Positions 39,989 to 49,981 of a DNA stretch of 64,000 nt are shown one piece after another. The notes below the pieces were generated by a model that had not been told where the DNA came from, did no database searches, and worked only from the letters and a program-made list of their open reading frames with translations. Positions within the stretch are counted from its first letter, which is position 1. Each line of letters starts with the position of its first letter. Location of the stretch: positions 1 to 64,000 of IMG/VR virus record IMGVR_UViG_3300030019_000003. The stretch is one strand, 5' to 3'. The translations under genes were made by a program, and so were the position numbers.

Positions 39989-40537
39989 ATGATACATTAT
40001 AAAGGTACTAACTTAAAGGAGTATCCTGTGTACTGTAAAGTAAAACGTGTTGTTCTTATTGTAAAAGTAGGTACTGGCATATGTGAGTCAGTTGTGGAAT
40101 TAGATATTCCTGGTAATCATAAAGTTAATCTCGGCTTAATTACCACTAATGGAACAGAGATGCCTGAGAAGATCATCGAGATGTTAACAAGCAGATCTTT
40201 AACAGGTAATGAATTTACTCTTGTTTCTAATTATGGTAATCTAATTCAGGCATTTGTAGATTTAGATCACGATAATCTTATCACTGCAACATCTTCATCA
40301 GGTGTAGTATTGACAACAGATGAAAGTTCTTTTTTAGCTGTACGTAATGATGCTGATTTTGATGGCAAGAGATTACGTTATAACTCAGGATCTTTAGCAG
40401 TTCCTGAGGCAGACGAATTAGAAATTACTATTACTACAAAACCTATTGCGAGTATTATGACAGGTACTTCAACTTTTTCGATCTATAAACTGCGTGATGG
40501 TATGCAAGTTCTTTATACATTTCCAAAATCTGAATAA
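39989..40537 (+). CDS. Hypothetical protein
   Basis: 182-aa ORF ending at a palindrome; beta-rich composition. Confidence 0.55.
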   Translation: MIHYKGTNLKEYPVYCKVKRVVLIVKVGTGICESVVELDIPGNHKVNLGLITTNGTEMPEKIIEMLTSRSLTGNEFTLVSNYGNLIQAFVDLDHDNLITATSSSGVVLTTDESSFLAVRNDADFDGKRLRYNSGSLAVPEADELEITITTKPIASIMTGTSTFSIYKLRDGMQVLYTFPKSE

Positions 40538-40566
40538 GTAACAAGACTCGTACGAGTCTTGTTACT
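40537..40566 (+). terminator. Perfect 30-bp palindrome followed by a T-rich tract
   Basis: AGTAACAAGACTCGTACGAGTCTTGTTACT. Confidence 0.7.
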
Positions 40567-40637
40567 ATCATTCTTTTTTTCTTTTATTTTTGATCAATTT
40601 TTCTAACAGACTTAATTGATATTTAGGCGTTAAAAAT

Positions 40638-41165
40638 ATGGGCAAGTGTGCCGATAGGCGTCTTATAGAGAGAAGGGGTAACATGGAGAATTACGAATCG
40701 GTGATAGAGTCACTTGGTAGAGTTGTGGACAAGCTTGAAAACATGCGAGAAGACTTATACGATATTAACGATTTTCTAGGTGTTGACGAGACCCTTTATA
40801 AGATTGTTAAACTTGAAGATCTTGATAATGAAACAAGAGAAATCATAGTATTACTTTACAGTAAGTTTAAAGCGGATGCGCAGTTATTAAAGAATGATAG
40901 TTATAAATCAACTTCTAAAACAGTTGATAGTCTGTTAGAGTTAACAAAAGCATGTAAGTATATTGCTGAGGCTATTAGCGCAGCAAATGATGCTAAGTCT
41001 AAAAGAGCTGGGTTCTTTGGTAAAATAGGTTTAGTAGGTGGTGTTATTCTTGTAATACTTGTAACATCATTTACTTTATTCAGTCGAGATCACATAGCCG
41101 GGCAGCTAGTGGTAAATTTGTTTTCAGCTATAGGTAGTACTGTTAAATCAATTTTTGGATTATAG
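40638..41165 (+). CDS. Membrane protein with a coiled-coil N-terminus and C-terminal TM helix (holin-like topology, function unknown)
   Basis: IGLVGGVILVILVTSFTLF TM segment plus an amphipathic tail; alternative start ATG 40683 behind AAGGGG. Confidence 0.55.
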   Translation: MGKCADRRLIERRGNMENYESVIESLGRVVDKLENMREDLYDINDFLGVDETLYKIVKLEDLDNETREIIVLLYSKFKADAQLLKNDSYKSTSKTVDSLLELTKACKYIAEAISAANDAKSKRAGFFGKIGLVGGVILVILVTSFTLFSRDHIAGQLVVNLFSAIGSTVKSIFGL

Positions 41166-41174
41166 GATCAACGT

Positions 41175-41864
41175 ATGAAAGATATTATTAAAAGAGTATT
41201 ATATCTCGTGATTACGAACATGATACGTATTATTAAGAAAGTATCAAAGCAACCCATCACTGGGACTAATGCCTGTGATGTTCCTGATACCACACAACGT
41301 AATCATACCCGAGATGAACTATTAGGGATGTTTGATTTTAGTAAAGTCCCAGAAGTTAAGACTGGAGAAGGTACGGGTCCTAATTTACTTATAGTAGATG
41401 ACATACCCGAAACAATGTACCTGATGAAGTCTACAAGTAATGAATTAAGAAGAAGACACACTCATGATTTTTTTACTGACTTTGCGGTAACACCTATCCT
41501 TATGATAGGGTGTGGTTTTACCACCTATAAATATGTTATGACACCGGGAGTTAAAATAGATTATGCGCTATTAGATATCTCTATAGCTACTAGAGCTAGT
41601 GTACAGAAAATAGATATTCTGGAACTAGACGGTATTGATATTGCAGATATCATTCTTAAGAAGAATCCTGAGGCTAAAGTACGTTTCTTTACAGCTCATA
41701 CTTTGGGTAGAGATGACAAGCGTATGGATGGTTATTATAAAAAATGTAAGGCTCTATTAGGTACAGATCTATTAGATATGACTATCTTTAAAAATAGTGA
41801 TAGATTCGATAGTCTTAACACATTTCTTTATGGTGCTGAAGAGGTTACTGACAATGAGCGGTAA
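41175..41864 (+). CDS. Single-domain response regulator (receiver domain) with an N-terminal extension
   Basis: LLIVDD acidic pocket, YALLDISI phospho-acceptor Asp, LDGIDIA, RFFTAH Thr, IFK Lys; no output domain. Confidence 0.8.
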   Translation: MKDIIKRVLYLVITNMIRIIKKVSKQPITGTNACDVPDTTQRNHTRDELLGMFDFSKVPEVKTGEGTGPNLLIVDDIPETMYLMKSTSNELRRRHTHDFFTDFAVTPILMIGCGFTTYKYVMTPGVKIDYALLDISIATRASVQKIDILELDGIDIADIILKKNPEAKVRFFTAHTLGRDDKRMDGYYKKCKALLGTDLLDMTIFKNSDRFDSLNTFLYGAEEVTDNER

Positions 41865-43284
41865 TCTTAGAATGCTTATTAATGGCACTGATGTTAAGAA
41901 TAGCATCATGTCAAGTATATTGGTAAGCGTAGGGGTAAGTTTAATGTTTATTATATCCATCGTCTATATGTACGATGGAGTTGTAAATGATTACAAGAAT
42001 CGTTTAAAGAGTGTTGCCTATACTGAAGGTATAGACATCAGCTTAATGTGTAACATAGTCTCTTGCAAGTATGCTACGGTTAATATCCATGGTGACACCA
42101 AGACTTATGTTAACAATAATAGTATACTGGAACCTGCTAAGATTGCAGTATCGGATAAACCTCATTTTTATTTTAAACATATTACAGATGATGGTTTAAC
42201 AAATGTTATTTATACCGATGGTGTTACTAAAATTATTTATACGTTTTATATCGATGACTATATCTATTATGATATGGCTTATGCTATTATTCGTAATATT
42301 TTTTTAGTATTAACTATCATGTTGTTTATAGGTTTTATTAACATTGCAAGTAAGCGTAATAAACTTGCAGCGCAAGATGTTAAGACCTTTAAAGATACTA
42401 CAAGAGCGGAGTTTAGACACAACCTGATGGAGTCTCTAAATCATGAATTAAGATTACCTGTCGAAATAGTTAAAGCGTTGCTACGCGAAATGTTTATTAT
42501 GCTATACCCATGTCAATATACTGAAACAGGAATATGTGAATATCAAGATGATACTCCTGTTACTGAAAGTTGCTCTGGATGTAAATACGCACATTCTAAA
42601 AGGGCTGTTGATAAAATAGCTATCGATTACTATCATAAGATGTTATCTCAGACGGATAGAATAGATGCTATTATGAACATATTAGCCGATGGTAAAGAGA
42701 TTAAGTATTCTAATGGAACAGTAAGTATACATGCTATATTACAAAATGTTATGAGCACGTTAAACACATTTACATATCCAAAGTTAGGATGTACCTTTAT
42801 TAATGATGATTTGTTTTTAAATTATGCTACAGGCGGTACTCTTCATAATGGAGATACACAAGGGTTATTTAATATTATGATTAACAATAGTATTGAAGCT
42901 AAAGCCAGTAACATGACATTTAAAGCAGAGAAAGTAGAAAATGGATTTTTAACAATGTATATTACTGATGATGGTCGTGGTATACGAGATCTTTTGGATA
43001 AAATATCCAAAGATGATAAGGTATTCATGTACGGATACTCTAACAAAGATATTTATGGTAATGGATTACGTGCTGTAGGATTCTTAGAAAGAATCATCGT
43101 TAGATGGAATCTTGTGGAAGAGGGTAACTCACCAAGGGGTGTAGGTCTTTCGCATAATAAAGGGTTGCTCAGTGCCACTGGTGGCGGTATTTTTATACAC
43201 GATACGAGTCCTTCAGGTACAACGTTTAAAATTGTTTTACCGGTTAAGGAGAAAAGAAATGGAGAAAAAACTACTAAACTGTAG
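41854..43284 (+). CDS. Membrane-bound sensor histidine kinase
   Basis: Two TM helices flanking a periplasmic domain; H-box LNHELRLP, N-box NIMINNSIEA, G1 ITDDGRGI, F-box FMYGYSNK, G2 RGVGLS, SGTTFKIVLP; start moved to ATG 41854 (GAGG RBS). Confidence 0.88.
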   Translation: MSGNLRMLINGTDVKNSIMSSILVSVGVSLMFIISIVYMYDGVVNDYKNRLKSVAYTEGIDISLMCNIVSCKYATVNIHGDTKTYVNNNSILEPAKIAVSDKPHFYFKHITDDGLTNVIYTDGVTKIIYTFYIDDYIYYDMAYAIIRNIFLVLTIMLFIGFINIASKRNKLAAQDVKTFKDTTRAEFRHNLMESLNHELRLPVEIVKALLREMFIMLYPCQYTETGICEYQDDTPVTESCSGCKYAHSKRAVDKIAIDYYHKMLSQTDRIDAIMNILADGKEIKYSNGTVSIHAILQNVMSTLNTFTYPKLGCTFINDDLFLNYATGGTLHNGDTQGLFNIMINNSIEAKASNMTFKAEKVENGFLTMYITDDGRGIRDLLDKISKDDKVFMYGYSNKDIYGNGLRAVGFLERIIVRWNLVEEGNSPRGVGLSHNKGLLSATGGGIFIHDTSPSGTTFKIVLPVKEKRNGEKTTKL

Positions 43285-43552
43285 TTTATTTATCATATTG
43301 CTTATGACCATTACATTGAACTCCGGTCAAATGGCTGAGCAAAGTAAATGTCTCATACTGCTTGATAGATACGGCATACGCCCTGATTTAAAATCTAACT
43401 CAGGCTGGGCTAGGGTGTGTAATAATGATAAACTAGATTTATATACCTCTAACGGCTTGAGTACTACTGAAAAAGAGGCTATTTGTAAATGCCTTGTATT
43501 CGGAGTAAAAGACAGATCAATTGAAGTTTTCAAGGACGGCAAAAATGAGTAG
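43259..43552 (+). CDS. Small secreted/periplasmic Cys-containing protein
   Basis: Start moved to ATG 43259 behind AAGGAG; signal-like MEKKLLNCSLFIILLMTITLNS; four Cys in the mature part. Confidence 0.6.
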   Translation: MEKKLLNCSLFIILLMTITLNSGQMAEQSKCLILLDRYGIRPDLKSNSGWARVCNNDKLDLYTSNGLSTTEKEAICKCLVFGVKDRSIEVFKDGKNE

Positions 43553-44789
43553 AGTATTAGTACTACTAATAATACTTATGCAAATGGTATATGCCGATGT
43601 AACTTATAAGAATTCTGGTAGTTTAGATTACAGTCTAACTAACATGAACAATAAGAATGTCAACATGGTTGATGTGATTATTAATAATGATTTTTACATC
43701 GGTGATAATACTAAAATAGTGTTCTCACCAGGGGTTCTTACAGATGACAGAGGTACTTATAATAGTATCGTCAAAAGTAATGTTAACAAAATATCGGAAG
43801 TTTATATTAATGAACTTTATGTAAGCTATCTTTTAACCGATAACTTAAGTATAGCCGTAGGTGTATTCCCCTTTAGAAAGGGTGCGTTTTATGAATACGG
43901 ATTTAATGGATATAGAGCAGGAAATGGTTTATATAGTATAACGGATAATGTGTTACAAGGATTTGTAGTTTCATACACATTAGCAGATACTGTATTTCAA
44001 ATAGGAACTGTTTCCTATCAAAAGTTTTTTAAATCGTCACATGATTATGATGAAAAAGCTAGTCCTATAACCTATGATAGTTATAAAGGTAGCGGGATGG
44101 ATTACTTTGCTATTAAACAGAATCTAGGTAAATGGTATCTAGATCTTGAAGTAGCAAATGTTTATCAGTATATGAATACTGTAGATGTTATTGATAGTAA
44201 TGTATACTCTTTAGGAGTATCGTATGATGAATCGGTAACAACAGGCAGAACCTATTATGCTATAGCATCATGGAGCCAGAGTAAAGGTGACACGGGATCA
44301 CTAGCCTATACCTATGATTATTCATATGGTGTGTATAGTCCTATGTACAAACCAGATCCAGATGGAGGACAACCTGAACCACCTAATGGTTCACAACCTT
44401 TTCATAATGATTCTGCTCAGTATGATAGTTTTAAGACATCAGGTTATTTTGCTCTGATAGGTGTTAAACAAGAGATTGATAACGTTATATTTGGAAAAGA
44501 TCTTGTTTTATCGGCAGAGTATGCCTATCGATCTGGCGGTTATCATAGTTTATTAGCAGGAAGACCTTTATCACCTCATGCTTATGCAGATATAGGTAAT
44601 TTTTATAATTTATCTGCAGGTGTTAGGATCGATAAAAATAATATGATTAAACTACGGTACTATATGTATGATACGAATGGGGCGAGTACAAAATACGGGT
44701 TTACACCTGTTACAACAGACGCCACTAATGTTAATGGTGCGTTAACTCGTTATCAAGCTATCATACTACAATGGTATTATGACTTTTAA
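43545..44789 (+). CDS. Outer-membrane beta-barrel protein (porin-like)
   Basis: Signal peptide MSRVLVLLIILMQMVYA|D, alternating aromatic beta-strands, C-terminal AIILQWYYDF with terminal Phe (BAM signal). Confidence 0.75.
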   Translation: MSRVLVLLIILMQMVYADVTYKNSGSLDYSLTNMNNKNVNMVDVIINNDFYIGDNTKIVFSPGVLTDDRGTYNSIVKSNVNKISEVYINELYVSYLLTDNLSIAVGVFPFRKGAFYEYGFNGYRAGNGLYSITDNVLQGFVVSYTLADTVFQIGTVSYQKFFKSSHDYDEKASPITYDSYKGSGMDYFAIKQNLGKWYLDLEVANVYQYMNTVDVIDSNVYSLGVSYDESVTTGRTYYAIASWSQSKGDTGSLAYTYDYSYGVYSPMYKPDPDGGQPEPPNGSQPFHNDSAQYDSFKTSGYFALIGVKQEIDNVIFGKDLVLSAEYAYRSGGYHSLLAGRPLSPHAYADIGNFYNLSAGVRIDKNNMIKLRYYMYDTNGASTKYGFTPVTTDATNVNGALTRYQAIILQWYYDF

Positions 44790-44820
44790 GAGGATTATAT
44801 TTTTTATATAAGGAAAAAAC

Positions 44821-47073
44821 ATGGGTAATATAATGACACTACTTGATAATGTCACAGGTAAAACAATTAATGTGAATGTAGGTAGCGACAGCATACAGGA
44901 AGACGCCAATATTATATTTGGTGGCAATGGCGGTACTGTATTAACCTATGAAGAAATGAATGACCCTAGCAATATACCTGATGGCTTTAAAGCAGGTTTA
45001 AAAACATATTTTGATACTTTGTACTCTGCAGGTAGTGGTGGTTCTGGTACTATTACAGGCTCTTCAACAGCTCCTATTTTAACAGGTCCTAATGTTGGTA
45101 ATGAGACGGCAACAATTACTATAAGTGTTGATAACTACGATCCTTCAAGTATTTATACTTTTGATGTATCTGGTGGTAGTTTTTCAAGAGTAGCAGGTGT
45201 TGTTACGTGGATACTTCCACAAGTAACAGATTCAGCCGCACACAAGCTTACTGTAACTGTAACCAATCCTGGTAAAACAGTAACATCAGTATATCACTCT
45301 GTAAATGTTTTTAATATTAACGCGACTGTCGACTCTATGGTTGTTTACCAGGATACGACTATGGCACAGTTTAGTAATTTATATAATGCTAGTATTGTTA
45401 ATAGTAAGCTATTAGCAACAGACGATACTGTGTTATCAGTAGGAAATAATAAGGTTATCGCCGTAGCTGTTATGGAGAAAGGTGACAATATTTATGTTGA
45501 TGGTAATGTGTATAATGTGGACACGTTAACAACAATGTCACCTATCACTAATGGTGCTTATTTATTATCTACAACTAACAGTGTTCCGTTTTTGACTGCT
45601 GCGAATAGTAGTCCTACTATTGGAACTGCTATAGGTAGTGGCAATTGGTCTACATACTACCAACCCTATACAGTATTTGGAACACCACAATATGGTGTAT
45701 GGGCAGATACTAAGTTAACAAATGCGTGGGTAGGATTTACATTTCTAACTGCTAAAGTTATTAACAAGTACCTTATTAAAGGTTTTAAATTGGTAGGTGG
45801 CAGTGGTGTTACAGCTACATGTGCTCCTAAAAGTTGGATGTTACAGGGTAGTAATGATGGTACAAATTGGGCTACACTAGATACTGTTTTAAACCAGCCA
45901 ACATGGAATGATGATGAGGTTAGAATATTCGTATGCGAAAATGGTGTAGCGTACACAAGTTACAGAATTTTCATTACTGCTAATCAAGGTAACACAACTG
46001 TAAGCGGTCTTAGTAATCTTTCATTCGTAGAGGCAGTAGGCTCAGTAACGTTAGTAACCGGAACAACACCAACTCTACCACAGTTTATTACATCTGCTAA
46101 ATTATTAACAAAATATGGTGAGAGTGCCGTTATAACACAAGATACCTATGAAACAGATTTTACAGGGTTAACAGCTATAGAAGCTATTTATGAACAATAC
46201 AATATTGTGTCAGATTCAACTACAGTAACTTCCGCACCTACGGGAAATGTTATCTTAGGGGATACTGTTATTTTTGGAAATACTACAGATGGTGAAAGAT
46301 CATTAACTGTTAATAGCTCTAACTATAGTAATAATATCTTGGATATTTCATCTTTAGGTTTTACAGTTGTACCGACGTATGGGTATAGAAAAGATTCAGT
46401 TTTAAAAATAAATATAGGTGATAATGTATTATTATCAGATACTAGAACAGATGTTATTTTATCAACTCCTATGTTTGTTTCGGATGGTAGCAAGAATACA
46501 TCTGTTGTAAACGCTGTCCCAGTTTTATCAAGTGCAAGTGCTGCTGTATTATTAGGAGCCGTTTATGGTGGGTATACAGGTTGGTATGCCTTTGACTCAG
46601 GTCTTGTTGATACGGTACAGACATGTTTATTAAATGTTACCGCTACAGTACCATCGTGGTTAGGTTACGACTTTACTAGAAAGATCATTATTAATAAGTA
46701 TGGTATTAATTCTAGAGTGAACTGGAGTGGTCCAGGAACATGGAAGTTACAAGCATCTAATGATAATGTTACGTTTATAGACTTAGACACGCAGACAGGT
46801 ATCACTTGGACAACAACTGCTACTACAAAATGGTTTACATTTAACAATGCCGTTGCTTACAGATATTATAGAATATATGTAACAGCCCCTGTTAACTATA
46901 TCGATATTACAGAGTTAATATTTGTAGAGAACAATTCTACTAAGATGCGGATTAAAACTGATTATAGCGATATCATCACTGGTAATTCAGCTAGAACGTT
47001 AAAGTTCAAAGTTAAGTTAAATAAGATTGGTGATGCACTAGCAAAATTAACAGCAACTATACAAAAACTATAA
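44821..47073 (+). CDS. Tail fibre/receptor-binding protein with two discoidin (F5/8 type C) domains
   Basis: APKSWMLQGSNDGTNWATLD…YTSYRIFIT and PGTWKLQASNDNVTFIDLD…YRYYRIYVT; followed by a tail-assembly-type gene. Confidence 0.75.
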   Translation: MGNIMTLLDNVTGKTINVNVGSDSIQEDANIIFGGNGGTVLTYEEMNDPSNIPDGFKAGLKTYFDTLYSAGSGGSGTITGSSTAPILTGPNVGNETATITISVDNYDPSSIYTFDVSGGSFSRVAGVVTWILPQVTDSAAHKLTVTVTNPGKTVTSVYHSVNVFNINATVDSMVVYQDTTMAQFSNLYNASIVNSKLLATDDTVLSVGNNKVIAVAVMEKGDNIYVDGNVYNVDTLTTMSPITNGAYLLSTTNSVPFLTAANSSPTIGTAIGSGNWSTYYQPYTVFGTPQYGVWADTKLTNAWVGFTFLTAKVINKYLIKGFKLVGGSGVTATCAPKSWMLQGSNDGTNWATLDTVLNQPTWNDDEVRIFVCENGVAYTSYRIFITANQGNTTVSGLSNLSFVEAVGSVTLVTGTTPTLPQFITSAKLLTKYGESAVITQDTYETDFTGLTAIEAIYEQYNIVSDSTTVTSAPTGNVILGDTVIFGNTTDGERSLTVNSSNYSNNILDISSLGFTVVPTYGYRKDSVLKINIGDNVLLSDTRTDVILSTPMFVSDGSKNTSVVNAVPVLSSASAAVLLGAVYGGYTGWYAFDSGLVDTVQTCLLNVTATVPSWLGYDFTRKIIINKYGINSRVNWSGPGTWKLQASNDNVTFIDLDTQTGITWTTTATTKWFTFNNAVAYRYYRIYVTAPVNYIDITELIFVENNSTKMRIKTDYSDIITGNSARTLKFKVKLNKIGDALAKLTATIQKL

Positions 47074-47079
47074 GGAAGT

Positions 47080-47412
47080 ATGATGCAAATTATAGAAACA
47101 TTAAAACAAACAGGTGCCTTTATTAGAAAAGTTTATCAGGAGATTCCTGATACCTATAGTAGTACTAAAGGTAAACGTATGCTAGACGTTAGCCGTATTA
47201 AGGTCACTATTACTATTGATGGTCAAGAGATAGCATTTGATGGTGATGAGCGATCTCAAGATAGGCTTAATCGGGCTTATACAGTAGCTAAAGGTAAGAA
47301 TAAACTTGCTAAATGGAAAACCTACGACAATGCTGATGTTATGCTAACAGCTGATCAAATACTTGATATACTTGATGCAGCCGGAATGGAACAAACTAGT
47401 TTATGGTTTTAA
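47080..47412 (+). CDS. DUF4376-like phage tail-associated small protein
   Basis: IDGQEIAFDGDERSQDRL…WKTYDNADVMLTADQI…LW pattern. Confidence 0.65.
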   Translation: MMQIIETLKQTGAFIRKVYQEIPDTYSSTKGKRMLDVSRIKVTITIDGQEIAFDGDERSQDRLNRAYTVAKGKNKLAKWKTYDNADVMLTADQILDILDAAGMEQTSLWF

Positions 47413-47513
47413 CATACTGCCCAGTATAGTTAGTATATAAAAATTATTATCATACTTATGGTCTAAAAGCCATAAGTATGAATTTTAAATAAAAAAGAGA
47501 GAGAGGAATAATA

Positions 47514-49886
47514 ATGAATAATGTTATGACACTAACAGACCCTATTACCAATAACAATATAAACATTAGTGTAGAGGGTGATAGTATCGTGAAGAGTGTA
47601 GATATTGTTTTTGGAAAAGATGGTGGTAAGGTTATAACTTTTGAAGAGTTATCCGATCCAGCAAAATTGCCAGCTGAATTCTTAGCAGCGGTCAGTGGTA
47701 CTGATGCCGATGGTGTGATTTCTATATTTACAAACGCTACAAGTGATAATGTAATAGCTGATACAGATAAGATACCATTTGTAAATGTTGGTGATGGTAC
47801 TAATGAGAGTATTAACAATATACCATTTGGAAGTTTTAAAACAGAATTAAAAACATATTTTGATACGCAGTATGCCGGTAAAAATGCTGATGGTACCACA
47901 GTAGGTTCATCTGCTGCCCCAGTGATATCAGGACCAGATATTGGTAATGAAACAGCTACTATTGTGCTAACCGTTGACAATTACAATACGAGTAGCATTT
48001 ATACTTTTGATGTAAGTGGTGGTAGTTTCTCTAGATCAGGTGGCGTAGTAACCTGGTTATTACCACAAGTAACAGATTCAACAGCGCATAAGTTAACGGT
48101 GACAGTTACTGATGCTGGTAAGACTCCTACGACTGTTTTTCATTCTGTTAACGTTTTTAATATTAACACTACAGTAGACTCTATGGTACTTTATGAAGGA
48201 AGCACATTAAGCGAGTTTAGCAATTTATACAACATGAGTGTTGTAGCTAGTCGACTACTAGCTACAGGTGATACTATTTTAACTGTTGCTAATAATAAAA
48301 TAGCTACAATTCCAACAATGGAAAGTGGCGATAAGATTTTAGTAGACGGCATAACATATGAAATATCATCTTTTGCCCTTGGTGAAGATGGCGCTAGTAA
48401 TACCTCTTTATTAAGCGCAGTGCCGGTATTAACAAGTAACACTAGTAGCACACTAGGTACAGCTATTTGTAGCAATGCTTACTCTGGTCATGCGGCATTT
48501 AATAGTTTTAATATGGGTAATATAGCTAATAGCTGGATAACGAATAGTTTTGCGGGAACCGACTATTTGGGATTTAATTTTATAGCACCCATAGTTATTA
48601 ACAAGTACACTATGATTGGAAATGGGTATGATAAGGTTTCATCTCCTAAAAGTTGGATATTACAAGCATCTAATGATGGCACAACCTGGGTAAATTTAGA
48701 TACTAGACTTAATCAACCAGTGTGGGTTAATTCAGAGTCAAGAACATACACATTTCTAAACTCAGTACCTTATAAAATTTATAGGGTATACATTACAGCT
48801 AATCAAGGTGGCGTATACGCTCAAATAGGTTACCTATCGTTAATACAGCAAGGTACCGTGATTTCAGCGACATTACCAGTATTACCACAATTTATTACAG
48901 CTGCAAAGTTATTAACTAAATTCGCAGAAACTAATACTATTACACAAGATACATATGAAACAGATTTTACAGGTGTATCAGGGTTGACTGCTGTGTATGA
49001 GCAATACAATTTAATAACAGCTGGTGCAACAGTAACCTCTATTCCAACAGTATCTGCCAATGTGGGCGATATAATTATACTTGGAAATAGCGCAGATGGT
49101 GTTAAAACACTAGAACTTACAACTAGTAATTATACTAATGGCGTTATTGATATTTCATCTTTAGGATTCGCAACTGTACCAACATACGGTTATCGCAAAG
49201 ATGCAAAATTACAAGTTGGGATAGGTAGTAATTCATTTGTAGCAGATAATAGAGTAGATACGATATTATCTTCACCTCTTTTTATAGGTGATGGTGCACA
49301 AAACACATCAACAATTAACGCAATACCATTATTAACAACGGATACCCCAGCTTTAACCAATAGTGCCCTGTACAATGCTACCTACCCAGCATGGCATATT
49401 GCAGATGGTGTACTAGTAGACACTGCGTCAACATGTTTAATACAAGTAGCTGCTGGTGCCCCAGCGTGGTTAAAATATGATTTTAGTAGGCCTATCGTTA
49501 TTAATAAATATGGTATTAATTCTAGAGTAAACTGGTCTGCGCCTACAGCATGGACACTACAAGCATCTGATGATAATATCAATTTTGTTATATTAGACAC
49601 TAGAGTAAATATTGTTTATACCGCAACCGCTGAGACTAAATGGTTTACGTTTAATAACGCAAAAGGTTATAGGTATTATAAACTTGTTATTACGGCGCCT
49701 ATAGCTTCTTATGTGGATATTACAGAATTAATTCTTGTAGAGAATAACTCTTCTAAGATGCAAATTAAGACTGTCTATGACGATATCATTACAGGTAACT
49801 CTGCTAGAACACTTAAGTTTCGTGTTAAACTTAATCAAATCGGAGATGCTGTAGAGAAGATTTCTGGAACAATAGAAAAGTTATAA
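47514..49886 (+). CDS. Tail fibre/receptor-binding protein with two discoidin domains, paralog of 44821-47073
   Basis: SPKSWILQASNDGTTWVNLD and APTAWTLQASDDNINFVILD; long shared segments with the 750-aa gene. Confidence 0.75.
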   Translation: MNNVMTLTDPITNNNINISVEGDSIVKSVDIVFGKDGGKVITFEELSDPAKLPAEFLAAVSGTDADGVISIFTNATSDNVIADTDKIPFVNVGDGTNESINNIPFGSFKTELKTYFDTQYAGKNADGTTVGSSAAPVISGPDIGNETATIVLTVDNYNTSSIYTFDVSGGSFSRSGGVVTWLLPQVTDSTAHKLTVTVTDAGKTPTTVFHSVNVFNINTTVDSMVLYEGSTLSEFSNLYNMSVVASRLLATGDTILTVANNKIATIPTMESGDKILVDGITYEISSFALGEDGASNTSLLSAVPVLTSNTSSTLGTAICSNAYSGHAAFNSFNMGNIANSWITNSFAGTDYLGFNFIAPIVINKYTMIGNGYDKVSSPKSWILQASNDGTTWVNLDTRLNQPVWVNSESRTYTFLNSVPYKIYRVYITANQGGVYAQIGYLSLIQQGTVISATLPVLPQFITAAKLLTKFAETNTITQDTYETDFTGVSGLTAVYEQYNLITAGATVTSIPTVSANVGDIIILGNSADGVKTLELTTSNYTNGVIDISSLGFATVPTYGYRKDAKLQVGIGSNSFVADNRVDTILSSPLFIGDGAQNTSTINAIPLLTTDTPALTNSALYNATYPAWHIADGVLVDTASTCLIQVAAGAPAWLKYDFSRPIVINKYGINSRVNWSAPTAWTLQASDDNINFVILDTRVNIVYTATAETKWFTFNNAKGYRYYKLVITAPIASYVDITELILVENNSSKMQIKTVYDDIITGNSARTLKFRVKLNQIGDAVEKISGTIEKL

Positions 49887-49898
49887 TAAAACTTTTAT

Positions 49899-49928
49899 AG
49901 AACATATGAGGCATGCCTCATATGTTCT
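49899..49928 (+). terminator. Perfect 30-bp palindrome after a tail fibre gene
   Basis: AGAACATATGAGGCATGCCTCATATGTTCT. Confidence 0.7.
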
Positions 49929-49981
49929 TGAATTGTTCATCTCGTTTTTATTGATATTTAATCTATTTAGTAGGAGTAATC

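Noticed and set aside
40638-47412. Assignment of a specific host lineage (for example Campylobacterota) from the porin-like and DUF4376-like genes and low GC
   Set aside because: Suggestive only; the sequence supports a Gram-negative host but not a taxon without database comparison
44821-49886. Diversity-generating retroelement or invertase shufflon behind the duplicated tail fibre sequences
   Set aside because: The repeats are diverged paralogous coding sequence with changes at all bases rather than adenine-specific ones; no reverse transcriptase, recombinase or inverted crossover sites in the window
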